Below, piece by piece: positions 53,484 through 61,634 of a stretch of 61,634 bases of DNA. The stretch is from contig SICD01000002.1 of NCBI GenBank assembly GCA_009694865.1, positions 1 through 61,634 on the forward strand. The letters run 5' to 3'. Made by a program: the position numbers and the translations under genes. Numbering within the stretch: the stretch's first letter is position 1; each line of letters starts with the position of its first letter. The notes below the pieces were generated by a model. That model searched no databases, was not told the DNA's origin, and saw nothing but the letters and a program-made list of their open reading frames with translations. This DNA is from Candidatus Magasanikiibacteriota bacterium. GTDB lineage: Bacteria; Patescibacteriota; Patescibacteriia; Magasanikbacterales; GWA2-37-8.

Positions 53484-54149
53484 TTATTTATCGCTCTGGA
53501 GAAAATCAATAAGATGCCCTAATTTATTTTTTTTGGTTTCTAAATAGCGGCGGTTGTGAATATTTAGGGTGCTACCAAGTGGTAAGCGTTTGGTGACAGT
53601 GATGCCGTTTTTGGTGAGGTCTTTAATTTTTTCGGGGTTGTTGGTTAACAGGCGAATTTTGGTAAATCCTAATTTTTTAAGAATGGTGGCGGCGTCGGCG
53701 TAGTCGCGATCGTCTACCGGTAAATGGAGTTTGAGTTGGGCTTCCACGGTATCAAGGCCTTGGTCTTGGAGTTGGTAGGCTTTGAGTTTGTTGACGAGTC
53801 CACTGCCACGCCCTTCTTGGCGCAAGTAAATGAGTATGCCGCCCTCAGCGCCAATTTTTTTGAGGGAGAGGTGAAGTTGTTCTCCACAATCGCACCGGAG
53901 TGAACCTAAAATATCGCCGGTAAAACATTCGGAGTGGATGCGCACGAGGGGCGGTGCTTTTACCCGATTTCCTTTCGAGGAAATCGAGGATCCTCGATTT
54001 TGCGCCATAGTAAAATCGGGATTGTTTGGTCGTTTTATTAAAACAACATGCGGCGCGTCCGAGCGTTTTCCTGATACGGTGAAGATGTCAAAAATTCCCC
54101 AGGGGGTGGGGAGGTGGGCGGAATGGGTGGGGAGGGTGATTGTTGGCAT
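53484..54149 (-). CDS. ribA: GTP cyclohydrolase II
   Basis: VRIHSECFTGDILGSLRCDCGEQL, RQEGRGSGL. Start trimmed to MPTITL. No DHBP-synthase (RibB) half is present. Confidence 0.88.
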   Translation of the reverse strand: MPTITLPTHSAHLPTPWGIFDIFTVSGKRSDAPHVVLIKRPNNPDFTMAQNRGSSISSKGNRVKAPPLVRIHSECFTGDILGSLRCDCGEQLHLSLKKIGAEGGILIYLRQEGRGSGLVNKLKAYQLQDQGLDTVEAQLKLHLPVDDRDYADAATILKKLGFTKIRLLTNNPEKIKDLTKNGITVTKRLPLGSTLNIHNRRYLETKKNKLGHLIDFLQSDK

Positions 54150-54241
54150 GCGATTTTTTGTGTGGTTATGAGGTCGATGATAGCATTGGTTGCGGCGGTT
54201 AGTAAAGGGATTTGAGGCCAAATTGTTGGTTCCTTCCACTG

Positions 54242-54400
54242 TTAGAGAGGGAGTGAATCGTACTTGTCTTCGAACAAGGCAATTTTTTTTGACAGGTAGG
54301 TCTTACCAGCAGAAGTTTTGCCGGTGAGAAAAATAAGCCTGGTGACTTCTTCTTGGATATCTATTTGCACGTCTTCTTTATTGGAATATAGTTTTTCATA
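54242..54400 (-). pseudogene. Short fragment encoding only a P-loop NTPase/kinase N-terminus
   Basis: Hand translation gives ...EEVTRLIFLTGKTSAGKTYLSKKIALFEDKYDSLPL* (Walker A), about 45 codons with no good ATG. The frame differs from both neighbours. Confidence 0.35.
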
Positions 54401-54401
54401 C

Positions 54402-54845
54402 TTACCAACCAAATTCTGAATACGCTACGCCTGCTTGGAAATTTTCAAGAGCCGAGTGTACATACGGAATAACATTCATTGGTAAATTACTCAGCGGAAA
54501 CCATTTTAACTCATCGCATTTATTTGGTTCTTGTATGGAGGGCTCTCCGCTCCACGAATTAGCCGTTAGAAAAAAATCAATACGCTCTCCATCAAATTTT
54601 ATGCGGTGCATGACGTGCACAACCCGGATATTTTTTGGATCAATCGTAATGCCAGTTTCTTCTTTGGTTTCACGCACCACCGCTGTAATAACTGATTCGT
54701 CGCCATCCAAATGGCCAGCGGGGACGCTATAGTTACCATCCTCGTAACCTGTGTTGAATCGGCGGAGCAATAAAATTTTATTACTCTTAATCAAGAATAA
54801 GTGTACCGCGGGAATTAATTTAAATCTTTCTTTTGGCATATACAT
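54402..54845 (-). CDS. NUDIX hydrolase
   Basis: Nudix box AGHLDGDESVITAVVRETKEETGI. Confidence 0.85.
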   Translation of the reverse strand: MYMPKERFKLIPAVHLFLIKSNKILLLRRFNTGYEDGNYSVPAGHLDGDESVITAVVRETKEETGITIDPKNIRVVHVMHRIKFDGERIDFFLTANSWSGEPSIQEPNKCDELKWFPLSNLPMNVIPYVHSALENFQAGVAYSEFGW

Positions 54846-54850
54846 TACAA

Positions 54851-55576
54851 TTAAAATTCAAGCAACAACGCCATGTGGTCAGACACCTCTTCGGGTAGCA
54901 CCTCAAATTTTTTTACAGTTACATCAGGTGATACAAAAATATAGTCAGCAAACTTTCCTTCCTTGGTATAAAAAGAGCTGCGAGTAGATTTAATGTTGTA
55001 CGTTTTGATAAGATTTTTCATTCCGCCCCCAAGCATCGCGATACTGGTTGTGTCGGGGTTCAAATTAAAATCACCGCAGAGTATTTTGGGGGAAGGAACG
55101 GTGTCCATGAAGCTTTTAATTTTTTCCGACTGGGTAATTCTCGTTGGAGTATCATTTTTGTCGATGCCCGTCCAGAGACCGTGTACGTTGAGGATAGTAT
55201 ATGTGGTGCCTTGCAATTCGCACCGCATCCATTGAAGATTTCGAGAATGGTCTCCGCCACTACCGGAATAATTTAGAACCTCACAAATCCACAATGCCCC
55301 TTCTTCTATAACCGGTATTTCTTTTTTTATAAAAATCCCGATGCCGTAAATATTTTTTATAACTGGTCTAAAAAATGATTGGTGATCGGGAAGTAATTTC
55401 TGTAAGTCCGTATATAAATTAAGATTGGGTGGTCGCCGGTTATCGGACATTTTTTCTGGCGAGTTATGATAGATTTCTTGGAAACAAAATACGTCAGTGT
55501 CCTGATTGTTTTTAATAAAATGAAATAACGGCTCCCGAATTCTTCCGCCCCACAAATTAAGGGTTATTAATTTCAT
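54851..55576 (-). CDS. Endonuclease/exonuclease/phosphatase (EEP) family protein
   Basis: MKLITLNLWGG..., CFQE, GDFN, and C-terminal SDHMAL. Confidence 0.8.
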   Translation of the reverse strand: MKLITLNLWGGRIREPLFHFIKNNQDTDVFCFQEIYHNSPEKMSDNRRPPNLNLYTDLQKLLPDHQSFFRPVIKNIYGIGIFIKKEIPVIEEGALWICEVLNYSGSGGDHSRNLQWMRCELQGTTYTILNVHGLWTGIDKNDTPTRITQSEKIKSFMDTVPSPKILCGDFNLNPDTTSIAMLGGGMKNLIKTYNIKSTRSSFYTKEGKFADYIFVSPDVTVKKFEVLPEEVSDHMALLLEF

Positions 55577-55854
55577 ATTTTGAAGTGATATTTTATAAAT
55601 GCTCGGCCAGAACCCGATTTTAGGTATTTTTCAAAATTGAAAGCTATATATTTATCTTTAAAAGCAAAATATGCGACAAGTTCTAAGGGCAGTCGTTTGG
55701 TGGTGGCAGGCACTAAGCCTTTTTGGTGGCGGCCCACCCTTTCCTTAAGGTCGGACGTACAACCAATATAATACCCATTTTTACATTTTAAGCTGTAAAC
55801 ATAAAACATAGTCCCTCTCTTAAAAACAAAACCATTTACTGCGGACTTTGTCAC
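55573..55854 (-). CDS. GIY-YIG domain nuclease-family protein
   Basis: FYVYSLKCKNGYYIGCTSDLKERVGRHQKG. Overlaps the EEP gene by 4 nt. Confidence 0.8.
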   Translation of the reverse strand: MTKSAVNGFVFKRGTMFYVYSLKCKNGYYIGCTSDLKERVGRHQKGLVPATTKRLPLELVAYFAFKDKYIAFNFEKYLKSGSGRAFIKYHFKI

Positions 55855-56038
55855 GCTGAAACCTCGCCTTAACTCGAGAGAATTTAGGTAGTAAAATTAT
55901 TCCTAAAATTACTCCCCGCCTTCGCTACGGCTACGGCGAGGTGAAAGCGGGCTTGGCGAGACTACGTGGAAACCCAGATTACTTCTGTTCGTCTCGTGGA
56001 TGAGGATAGTCTAACTGAATGTTAGACCAGTGTAAAGA

Positions 56039-56242
56039 TCACGAACCGTCTCTTTCTCTTGGATCTTTCAGAAGAACACCACGCCCCACTCGTGCACGAG
56101 CTATATTGTATAGAGTGGCAACGTAGTCGAGCGTCTCTTTGCCAATTACCACGATCTCTTCGTCGGAAAGTTCGTCGTTAGGGATGCCGCTGTCAGTGAG
56201 TGCCTGGCGTAGCGAAGGATGTCTTCCGGAGTAATGTTCCAC
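56039..56242 (-). CDS. Hypothetical small protein
   Basis: 67-aa ORF with a GTG start after AGGAG. GC content is above the host average. Confidence 0.4.
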   Translation of the reverse strand: MEHYSGRHPSLRQALTDSGIPNDELSDEEIVVIGKETLDYVATLYNIARARVGRGVLLKDPRERDGS

Positions 56243-56437
56243 ATTGCTCCTATTTGCAATTCTTGGGAAAAGGACATAGAAATAAACATCTTAGTTAAAC
56301 AAAAACAGCCTTTACGAAAGCTGCTTTTGATGAGGCCGCGGTACGTTGCTGTCGCCCCACCAGCCCGCGGCGGCGCTTAATGTGGTGGCGAATGATTCGT
56401 GTGTTTCTCCTTGGCAGGTAGTCAGCCTTGAAGAAGA

Positions 56438-56779
56438 CTACTCCCGCATCAACTTCATGGCCTGCTTGAAGAAGCTCTGGCTGACGGTGTGGGCGATCAT
56501 ATGCTCGAGCATCGCCGCGATCCAGCCGTCCAGGCTGGCGTCGTTCGTACCCGCGCTCAGCTTCAAGAGCGCGGTAACGAGCTGTCGGGCGTCCTCATCT
56601 TCCGGCAACGGCATATCCAGGAAGAGGAGGATGACGCTGTCGGGACCCTTGCCCGCTTCGTGGTCCGCCCGGATGCGCTCTTCTGAATCGCCATAGTCGA
56701 GGCTCACCTTGAACCCCTTGCCCTTTTCCCCATTCTTCTTCCAGTAAACGATGATGAACCAACGCTCCTTATTATTCAT
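56438..56779 (-). CDS. Hypothetical protein in a GC-rich island
   Basis: 113-aa ORF with an ATG 6-7 nt after GAAGGAGAG. GC-rich relative to its flanks. A terminator-like hairpin lies at 56301-56328. Confidence 0.55.
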   Translation of the reverse strand: MNNKERWFIIVYWKKNGEKGKGFKVSLDYGDSEERIRADHEAGKGPDSVILLFLDMPLPEDEDARQLVTALLKLSAGTNDASLDGWIAAMLEHMIAHTVSQSFFKQAMKLMRE

Positions 56780-56806
56780 GAGATCTCTCCTTCACGGTTT
56801 TACCGT

Positions 56807-56860
56807 TTTTTGGGCCAGAACAATGTTGTCTATTCTGACGACATTGTTCTGGCCCAAAAA
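56807..56860. repeat. Perfect 20-bp inverted repeat with a 14-nt spacer upstream of the island gene
   Basis: TTTTTGGGCCAGAACAATGT (56807-56826) and ACATTGTTCTGGCCCAAAAA (56841-56860). Confidence 0.8.
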
Positions 56861-57162
56861 TCTGGGAAGGTGACTCACGCTTAAGAGCGAGTAAATATTT
56901 TATACATCTTAATCAACAAAATGTCAATAGTTTAGTGTGAATCTGGCAATTGGCCAGGTTAAGCGAAAACGGTGAGCCTGAACAGAAGACGAGATTAGAA
57001 CAAATGACTTGGCTAACCCAACCGCAATTATTGGTCAGGATTGAAAGCGTCTCGGGTTGTGTGCGATTTGATTCAACCGCAACTTTTACTTGATTCGAAA
57101 ATGTCGCTTTGTTGAGAGCAATTTCCGAGGTGCAACGGTTGAAAGAAATTGCGCGCTATCAT

Positions 57163-57210
57163 GCGGAAAAAATAAGATTCGAACTCACGGTACCTTGCGG
57201 TACGACAGTT
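57163..57210 (-). pseudogene. Decayed 3' half of a second tRNA-Ser(UGA)-like gene
   Basis: AGATTCGAACTCACGGTACCTTGCGGTACGACAGTTTT is identical to the intact gene, but the acceptor 3' strand GAGGGTG is replaced by AAAAATA, which disrupts the T stem. Confidence 0.6.
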
Positions 57211-57267
57211 TTTCCCCCTCGCGGGGGATCACCCGAGCTGTGGCTCTGGCGAGAGGGTGACAAGACT
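57207..57267. repeat. 61-nt direct repeat, copy 1 (anticodon-loop flanks plus 48-nt GC-rich Family-B-like insert)
   Basis: AGTTTTTCCCCCTCGCGGGGGATCACCCGAGCTGTGGCTCTGGCGAGAGGGTGACAAGACT, 60/61 identical to 57458-57518. Confidence 0.8.
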
Positions 57268-57278
57268 TACCACTACAG

Positions 57279-57363
57279 CGGAGAGGGTGAGATTCGAACT
57301 CACGGTACCTTGCGGTACGACAGTTTTCAAGACTGTTGGTTTCAACCGCTCACCCACCTCTCC
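57279..57363 (-). tRNA. tRNA-Ser (anticodon UGA), intact
   Basis: GGAGAGGTGGGTGAGCGGTTGAAACC..., anticodon arm ACAGT-CTTGAAA-ACTGT, long variable arm CGTACCGCAAGGTACCG, T-arm GTGAGTTCGAATCTCAC. Confidence 0.88.
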
Positions 57364-57457
57364 GCTCTCGTGATAAATTTTAATTTTCTACGCTGAAATT
57401 TTTTATTCTTCTTTTTTAATTTACTTTCAATAAAGTAGACTACTCCCATACGTGTAA

Positions 57458-57518
57458 AGTTTTTCCCCCTCGCGGGGGATCACCCGAGCTGCGGCTCTGG
57501 CGAGAGGGTGACAAGACT
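57458..57518. repeat. 61-nt direct repeat, copy 2
   Basis: Same sequence as 57207-57267 with one C/T difference. Confidence 0.8.
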
Positions 57519-57570
57519 GTTGGTTTAAACCGCTCACCCACCTCTCCGCTCTCGCGATAAATTTAATTTT
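57512..57570 (-). pseudogene. 5' half of the interrupted tRNA-Ser(UGA)-like gene plus duplicated upstream flank
   Basis: CAAGACTGTTGGTTTAAACCGCTCACCCACCTCTCC + GCTCTCGCGATAAATTTAATTTT, compared with the intact ...TTTCAACCGC...GCTCTCGTGATAAATTTTAATTTT. Confidence 0.6.
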
Positions 57571-57607
57571 CGGGTTTTTTTGGGTAACTCTTTGTTGAAA
57601 GAGGGAG

Positions 57608-58366
57608 TTATCTCGTGTCCGATAGTTTTCCTTCCCTAAATTTTTCCTCTGCCTCGCGCTTTAATGATAGGAGCAGTTCCATATTTTTTGGAACGGTCAA
57701 CCATGCTTCCATTTGTGTTAAGAACATAGTCGCGTCGGCATCAGTTTGGTTTGTTTTACCGACCAATTTTTCTACAAATAATTTGGCCATTTCCTGAATA
57801 TTAATTCCAGAAAAATCGGTTTCTCGCAACGCTTTTAGTAATAAATCATGTACCAGAGACCTCCCGCTAAAAAGCCTTTTATGAACCATAGGATTACGCG
57901 CAATTTCGAGTCTGTTCAATATCACTGGCGCATCTGCCAGAGAGAATTGCTGTGTAGCGTCTAGCCGCGTTTCTCTTTTGTCTATTAGCGCGTTTCGTAT
58001 TATTGGATTAGTAAGTAAATACGAAACCCCATCGGAGTATTTTTTTAGCGCCGCATATACTAAGTTAGTTCGGCGGCGTATTTTTTCTGCGTCAACAGTT
58101 AAATCTTTTTTTGTTATTATATAATCAATAGTACCTGTGGCTAGTTCTCCTATTATTTTATCGGTCAATTCGTAGCCGTTTGCAGTTTTTAATTTTACCA
58201 AAGAGGCTTCATCCATGTTTGAAACGATAGTTCTTAATACTCTCGATATTGCCGCACAAACAGCTTCGGGAGTATCGGAACTGTGGGTTCTGTATAAAGC
58301 TCGTTCGATAATACTATCCACATAGTCATCGTTCTCATGTTCAATAAGTTTACTTTCGTATGACAT
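57608..58366 (-). CDS. Hypothetical protein
   Basis: Track ORF trimmed to MSYESKLIEH (ATG at 58366) because the upstream part overlaps the end of the 1003-aa ORF. No motif recognised. Confidence 0.5.
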   Translation of the reverse strand: MSYESKLIEHENDDYVDSIIERALYRTHSSDTPEAVCAAISRVLRTIVSNMDEASLVKLKTANGYELTDKIIGELATGTIDYIITKKDLTVDAEKIRRRTNLVYAALKKYSDGVSYLLTNPIIRNALIDKRETRLDATQQFSLADAPVILNRLEIARNPMVHKRLFSGRSLVHDLLLKALRETDFSGINIQEMAKLFVEKLVGKTNQTDADATMFLTQMEAWLTVPKNMELLLSLKREAEEKFREGKLSDTR

Positions 58367-58473
58367 ATAATTCTGTTGTTTGTTTACTTTTGGCAAAAGC
58401 GTCAAATTGAAATTAAACTTGGCGAGGGTTTGGTAATTTTGTGCCTCTAAAATATCACAAATCGTGATATAAA

Positions 58474-61422
58474 TCAAGTGGTCGGAGGTTTTTTTAAGAA
58501 TCGGGCCGTGAGTGATAAAATTCGTTTTTTGCCGATGGCGGCGAGCCCCATGAGAGAGAGGCCGCTGACAGTTACTAGGGTGTAGGCCGTAGTAGTGTTG
58601 GGTGAGGAGTTGGCGGTGGCGACTGGTTTTGTAAAAATAATTTCTATGTCGTTTTGGCTTCGGGGCCAAAGTTGCGCGCCGGATTCCGGATGTTCCAGAA
58701 TGCCGGTAACTTTTATTTGGTCACCGACGTTAAAGGCTTGTTTGTCAATTTTCGCGCCGGCTTTAAAATACACGGGAATTTCGCCGCGGCCGTCATCCAC
58801 GTACATAAGATTGTTGGTGAGTTTGGTAATTTCGCCTTGCGCGCTCATGAGGGAACCAGCGTTAACATTTTCCATTTCATCGAGGGCGATGGGCTCGGCG
58901 ACGAGAATGCCATTGGTAGAGAGAATATCAACATCGTCTGACCGCGAGATATTGATTCGGGGAATGCTATTAGCCGCCGAGGTTTTACCGGCAATGGCCA
59001 CTCGGTCGCCTAGCGCCAATTCGGGAAAAGTTTTTTTGTTGGAATATATTTGGATGCCAGCCGAGCCATCATCGACATAAAAATATTGCGCGGAGAACGT
59101 GCCGGGGAGAGCGGTAACGAGGCCAGTGAAGCGCACGTAAGCGCCTTTGGCTAAATCACGAATCGCAGCGATGTCTCGACCGGTATTGACGACAAAATTT
59201 TGAACTGATTGTTTGATCGCAGGAGCTACAATTTTTTGTCCTAAAACAATTTGCGGTGCTAATGAGGGCGCAGTCACTCGCCCTGGTGTTGGCAGAGTCC
59301 ACACCCAACCTTTATCGCCTTTGGTATAACTCCGTCCAGCCACGCTTCGCAGATAGTTGACCCTAACAACACTTTGACCAGAGGCGGTGAGGAGCTCGAC
59401 AATGTCAGCGCTGTTGAGGAGCGAGAGGTGTGTTACCAGGCGATAAAATACCAGTGTCTCGTGTGCCTGGATGCGGGTATCATTTGGCAGGGTAAATGTT
59501 TTGTCCGAAGAGAGTTTTAGCTGCCACAGCGAAATATCGGCGGGGTTGGACGCAGAGTTATAGAGTTCAATAAATTCACTGGTGTCCGGGCCGGTGGGGT
59601 TTGGGAAAATTTCACTAATCACGATGCTCCGGTTATCTGTGGCTAATCCCGGAGCAAGAGACAGCGTTAATTTTTTTTGCCCGATTGTTCCGGCAGTGCT
59701 GGAAGTGGAGAGGGTAATTGTGTACGTCCCTTGCACAATAAACACATGCGACGCAGTTTCGCCTTGGCCGCTCGTACCATCGCCAAAATTCCAACTGTAG
59801 TGCAGGGTGCCACCACGCGGGTCAGCCGAGCCGAGAGCGGAAAATTCTACTACGTCGCCGGGCGCGGCAAATTTTGGCGCGTTAATTTTCCAAATAATTT
59901 CGACGCTATCCACGGTTTCAATGTTATTAGCGAATCCTTTGGTGATAGCAGTCGTCCAGTGCCAGGTTCCGTCCGTACTGCGACTATAACTTGCCTTGGG
60001 CTCGGCGCTGTCGTAACTGACATTGTCCGCAATCGCGCCGCTGGCACTAGACAGGCGAATTTCTTCGTCTGTCGTGTTATTAAGCGAAATGCCAGTGAGC
60101 GGGCGCGTGAAGACGGCCAATTCACCCGGGCCAATTGTTCCGGTTAAGTTAAAATTTTTGGTGGTGTCGGATAATTTCCAGCCCGATAAATTGACCGCGC
60201 TACTGGTAATATTTTTAATCTCAATAAATTCATCGGTTAAGTCCGAGCCTTCCGGGTCGGGCAGTAGTTCGTTAATAATGAGGGGTGAAGTGGAGGTGGC
60301 CCACACAAGTGAAGTTATTGGTGGTTGGTTATTAGTTGTTGGCGCCGAAGCATTTGTGTCAGTAATTTTAGCGGGTGGAACAATGATAATGTTAGTGCTG
60401 CCAGCGGTTGGTTGTGTTGTCACAGCCCAGTCGGCGTTATCGGAATTTGAATCCACGCCGTCGGCTTTGCGCGCCAGGGCTTGGCCGGTTTTAGGAAGCA
60501 GTGAATTGTTATAAGCAACCTGGTCAACGCTGGTTCCCGCGAAATCTTTTAGAATAACGATATCGCCAGAATTATTTAAGTGGTCGTTTGTGAGGGTAAT
60601 GACGCGCCAGCCAAAGGCCGGAATAGAGCCGTTAATACTCGCGATTGTGCACGAGGAGTTGGCGCGGCCATCACACAGTGTGCCGCCCGTTAAGTCCAAA
60701 TCGCTCGCGGACGGATTGTAGAGCTCAATCCACTCTGCACCGTTTCCCGGGTCAACCATAATTTCGTTTAATTTTATTTTCGACCAAAAAAATACCGCGT
60801 CGGAACCAGTTGGCCCGGTGGCTTTGCCAACGCTTGCCGAAGCTCCTCCGCCACCAATATCGGGAGACGGAGAGCTACCACCGCCAATCACATTGCTATT
60901 TTGGCTTCCCACCGTATCGCCGCTGACATGTTCCTGCCAATTACTACTCGTGTAATCGGCCAAGGTGGCATTTTTGCGCTCCAACGAATGGTGGTTGGGG
61001 GTAGCAAGATAGGTAAATTGTTCAATAAAAATATTCGCAGAATCTTTAAGACCAATTTCTTCGCCGCTTTCGCTTAAACTAGTCCATGATGAGTCAAATA
61101 TTGAACCAGCAAAACTAGGATGATCGGCCAAAAATTGTGTATTATCCTGCGTAATGGCGGCGTATTCACCGGGTTGGAGAATAGAATCGCTGCTATTTAC
61201 GGTTAAACCATGGTTAGTGGATGCTTCCCAAAATTTCCAACCGGTTATATCCACCGAAGCGCTTCCCTTATTATATATTTCCACCCATTCGTGCGTGCTC
61301 GTTGGGGACGCGCCAATTTCGTTAATGATGATATCCGTGTTTGTCGCGTGAATATTTTTTACAATAAAAAAATTACTAGCGAGAAGCATGAATACTAGTA
61401 AGTAAAAATAATTTTTTCGCAT
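58474..61422 (-). CDS. Large surface protein with multiple lamin-tail (LTD) domains, a PKD domain and a C-terminal TM anchor
   Basis: Start trimmed to MRKNYFYLLVF (RBS GGGAGGG). Four LTD-like repeats (IIINEIGASP..EWVEIYN, LNEIMVDP..EWIELYN, INELLPDP..EFIEIKN, ISEIFPNP..EFIELYN). PKD motif WNFGDGTSGQGETASHVF. Hydrophobic tail. Confidence 0.8.
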   Translation of the reverse strand: MRKNYFYLLVFMLLASNFFIVKNIHATNTDIIINEIGASPTSTHEWVEIYNKGSASVDITGWKFWEASTNHGLTVNSSDSILQPGEYAAITQDNTQFLADHPSFAGSIFDSSWTSLSESGEEIGLKDSANIFIEQFTYLATPNHHSLERKNATLADYTSSNWQEHVSGDTVGSQNSNVIGGGSSPSPDIGGGGASASVGKATGPTGSDAVFFWSKIKLNEIMVDPGNGAEWIELYNPSASDLDLTGGTLCDGRANSSCTIASINGSIPAFGWRVITLTNDHLNNSGDIVILKDFAGTSVDQVAYNNSLLPKTGQALARKADGVDSNSDNADWAVTTQPTAGSTNIIIVPPAKITDTNASAPTTNNQPPITSLVWATSTSPLIINELLPDPEGSDLTDEFIEIKNITSSAVNLSGWKLSDTTKNFNLTGTIGPGELAVFTRPLTGISLNNTTDEEIRLSSASGAIADNVSYDSAEPKASYSRSTDGTWHWTTAITKGFANNIETVDSVEIIWKINAPKFAAPGDVVEFSALGSADPRGGTLHYSWNFGDGTSGQGETASHVFIVQGTYTITLSTSSTAGTIGQKKLTLSLAPGLATDNRSIVISEIFPNPTGPDTSEFIELYNSASNPADISLWQLKLSSDKTFTLPNDTRIQAHETLVFYRLVTHLSLLNSADIVELLTASGQSVVRVNYLRSVAGRSYTKGDKGWVWTLPTPGRVTAPSLAPQIVLGQKIVAPAIKQSVQNFVVNTGRDIAAIRDLAKGAYVRFTGLVTALPGTFSAQYFYVDDGSAGIQIYSNKKTFPELALGDRVAIAGKTSAANSIPRINISRSDDVDILSTNGILVAEPIALDEMENVNAGSLMSAQGEITKLTNNLMYVDDGRGEIPVYFKAGAKIDKQAFNVGDQIKVTGILEHPESGAQLWPRSQNDIEIIFTKPVATANSSPNTTTAYTLVTVSGLSLMGLAAIGKKRILSLTARFLKKPPTT

Positions 61423-61634
61423 ACCCTCCCTATTGAAGTAAAATAATATTAGGTAGTGTAGCAAAAGACACACCGTTGTCAACAAATGTACTGTTGCAGC
61501 GATAAAGTTACCTTCTGTGGATAAAATCTTGAAATGCCGTTAAGCAAGCTCAGAGCGAGCTTTTGCGCCGGCGTCAGCCGGTGCATGCCAAAGCCGCTAT
61601 GGCGGCGTTTACTGTTGTAGATCGTGAGCCACTG

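Noticed and set aside
56807-56860. Integron attC site and gene cassettes as an explanation for the palindrome and the small GC-rich genes.
   Set aside because: No RYYYAAC/GTTRRRY core pair sits at the ends of the inverted repeat, there are no extrahelical-base asymmetries, and no intI gene is in the window. It is retained only as a generic palindrome finding.

Overview
This 61.6-kb chromosomal window spans the replication-origin neighbourhood: rpmH-rnpA-yidD lie divergent from dnaA-dnaN, with DnaA-box clusters on both sides of dnaA. The host looks like a small-genome, moderately AT-rich bacterium. Gene content and repeat style resemble Patescibacteria/CPR, but that is inference only because no searches could be run.

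I support about 60 CDS. The main groups are:
- Energy and nucleotide metabolism: H+-pyrophosphatase, class Ia ribonucleotide reductase nrdAB, uppS, ahcY plus a PfkB kinase, ribD and ribA.
- DNA metabolism: recQ, a HelD-like helicase, and a GIY-YIG/EEP/NUDIX operon.
- Other: a VapBC pair, two paralogous XRE regulators, envelope enzymes, and a roughly 980-aa lamin-tail/PKD surface protein.
- RNA genes: tRNA-Ala(UGC), tRNA-Ser(CGA) and tRNA-Ser(UGA).

The most unusual signal is not a gene cluster but genome-structural.
1. A family of GC-rich double-hairpin palindromic elements sits in-frame inside at least four housekeeping genes. Two 100%-identical 89-bp copies lie in one glycosyltransferase, and related copies split the anticodon of a decayed tRNA-Ser copy.
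2. A second family, GTCATTCCGA...GGAATCTC inverted repeats, is mostly intergenic but occurs once in-frame inside an O-antigen-ligase-like gene.
3. A third structured repeat family has three copies, with apparently compensatory changes in a long-range stem.
4. Two gene cassettes are bracketed by 59-76-bp direct duplications of the end of the neighbouring host gene: the ahcY 5' end around an XRE+unknown pair, and the recQ 3' end around the helD-like gene.

Other candidates worth follow-up:
- A FAD-oxidoreductase/Rieske/ferric-reductase-TM fusion next to a DM13 lipoprotein.
- A DMT-transporter/riboflavin-kinase fusion.
- A phosphohistidine swivel-domain protein lacking an ATP-grasp domain, next to an APH-like kinase.
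- Three small GC-rich islands.

All family assignments come from motifs read by eye, and coordinates of non-CDS features may be off by a few nucleotides.
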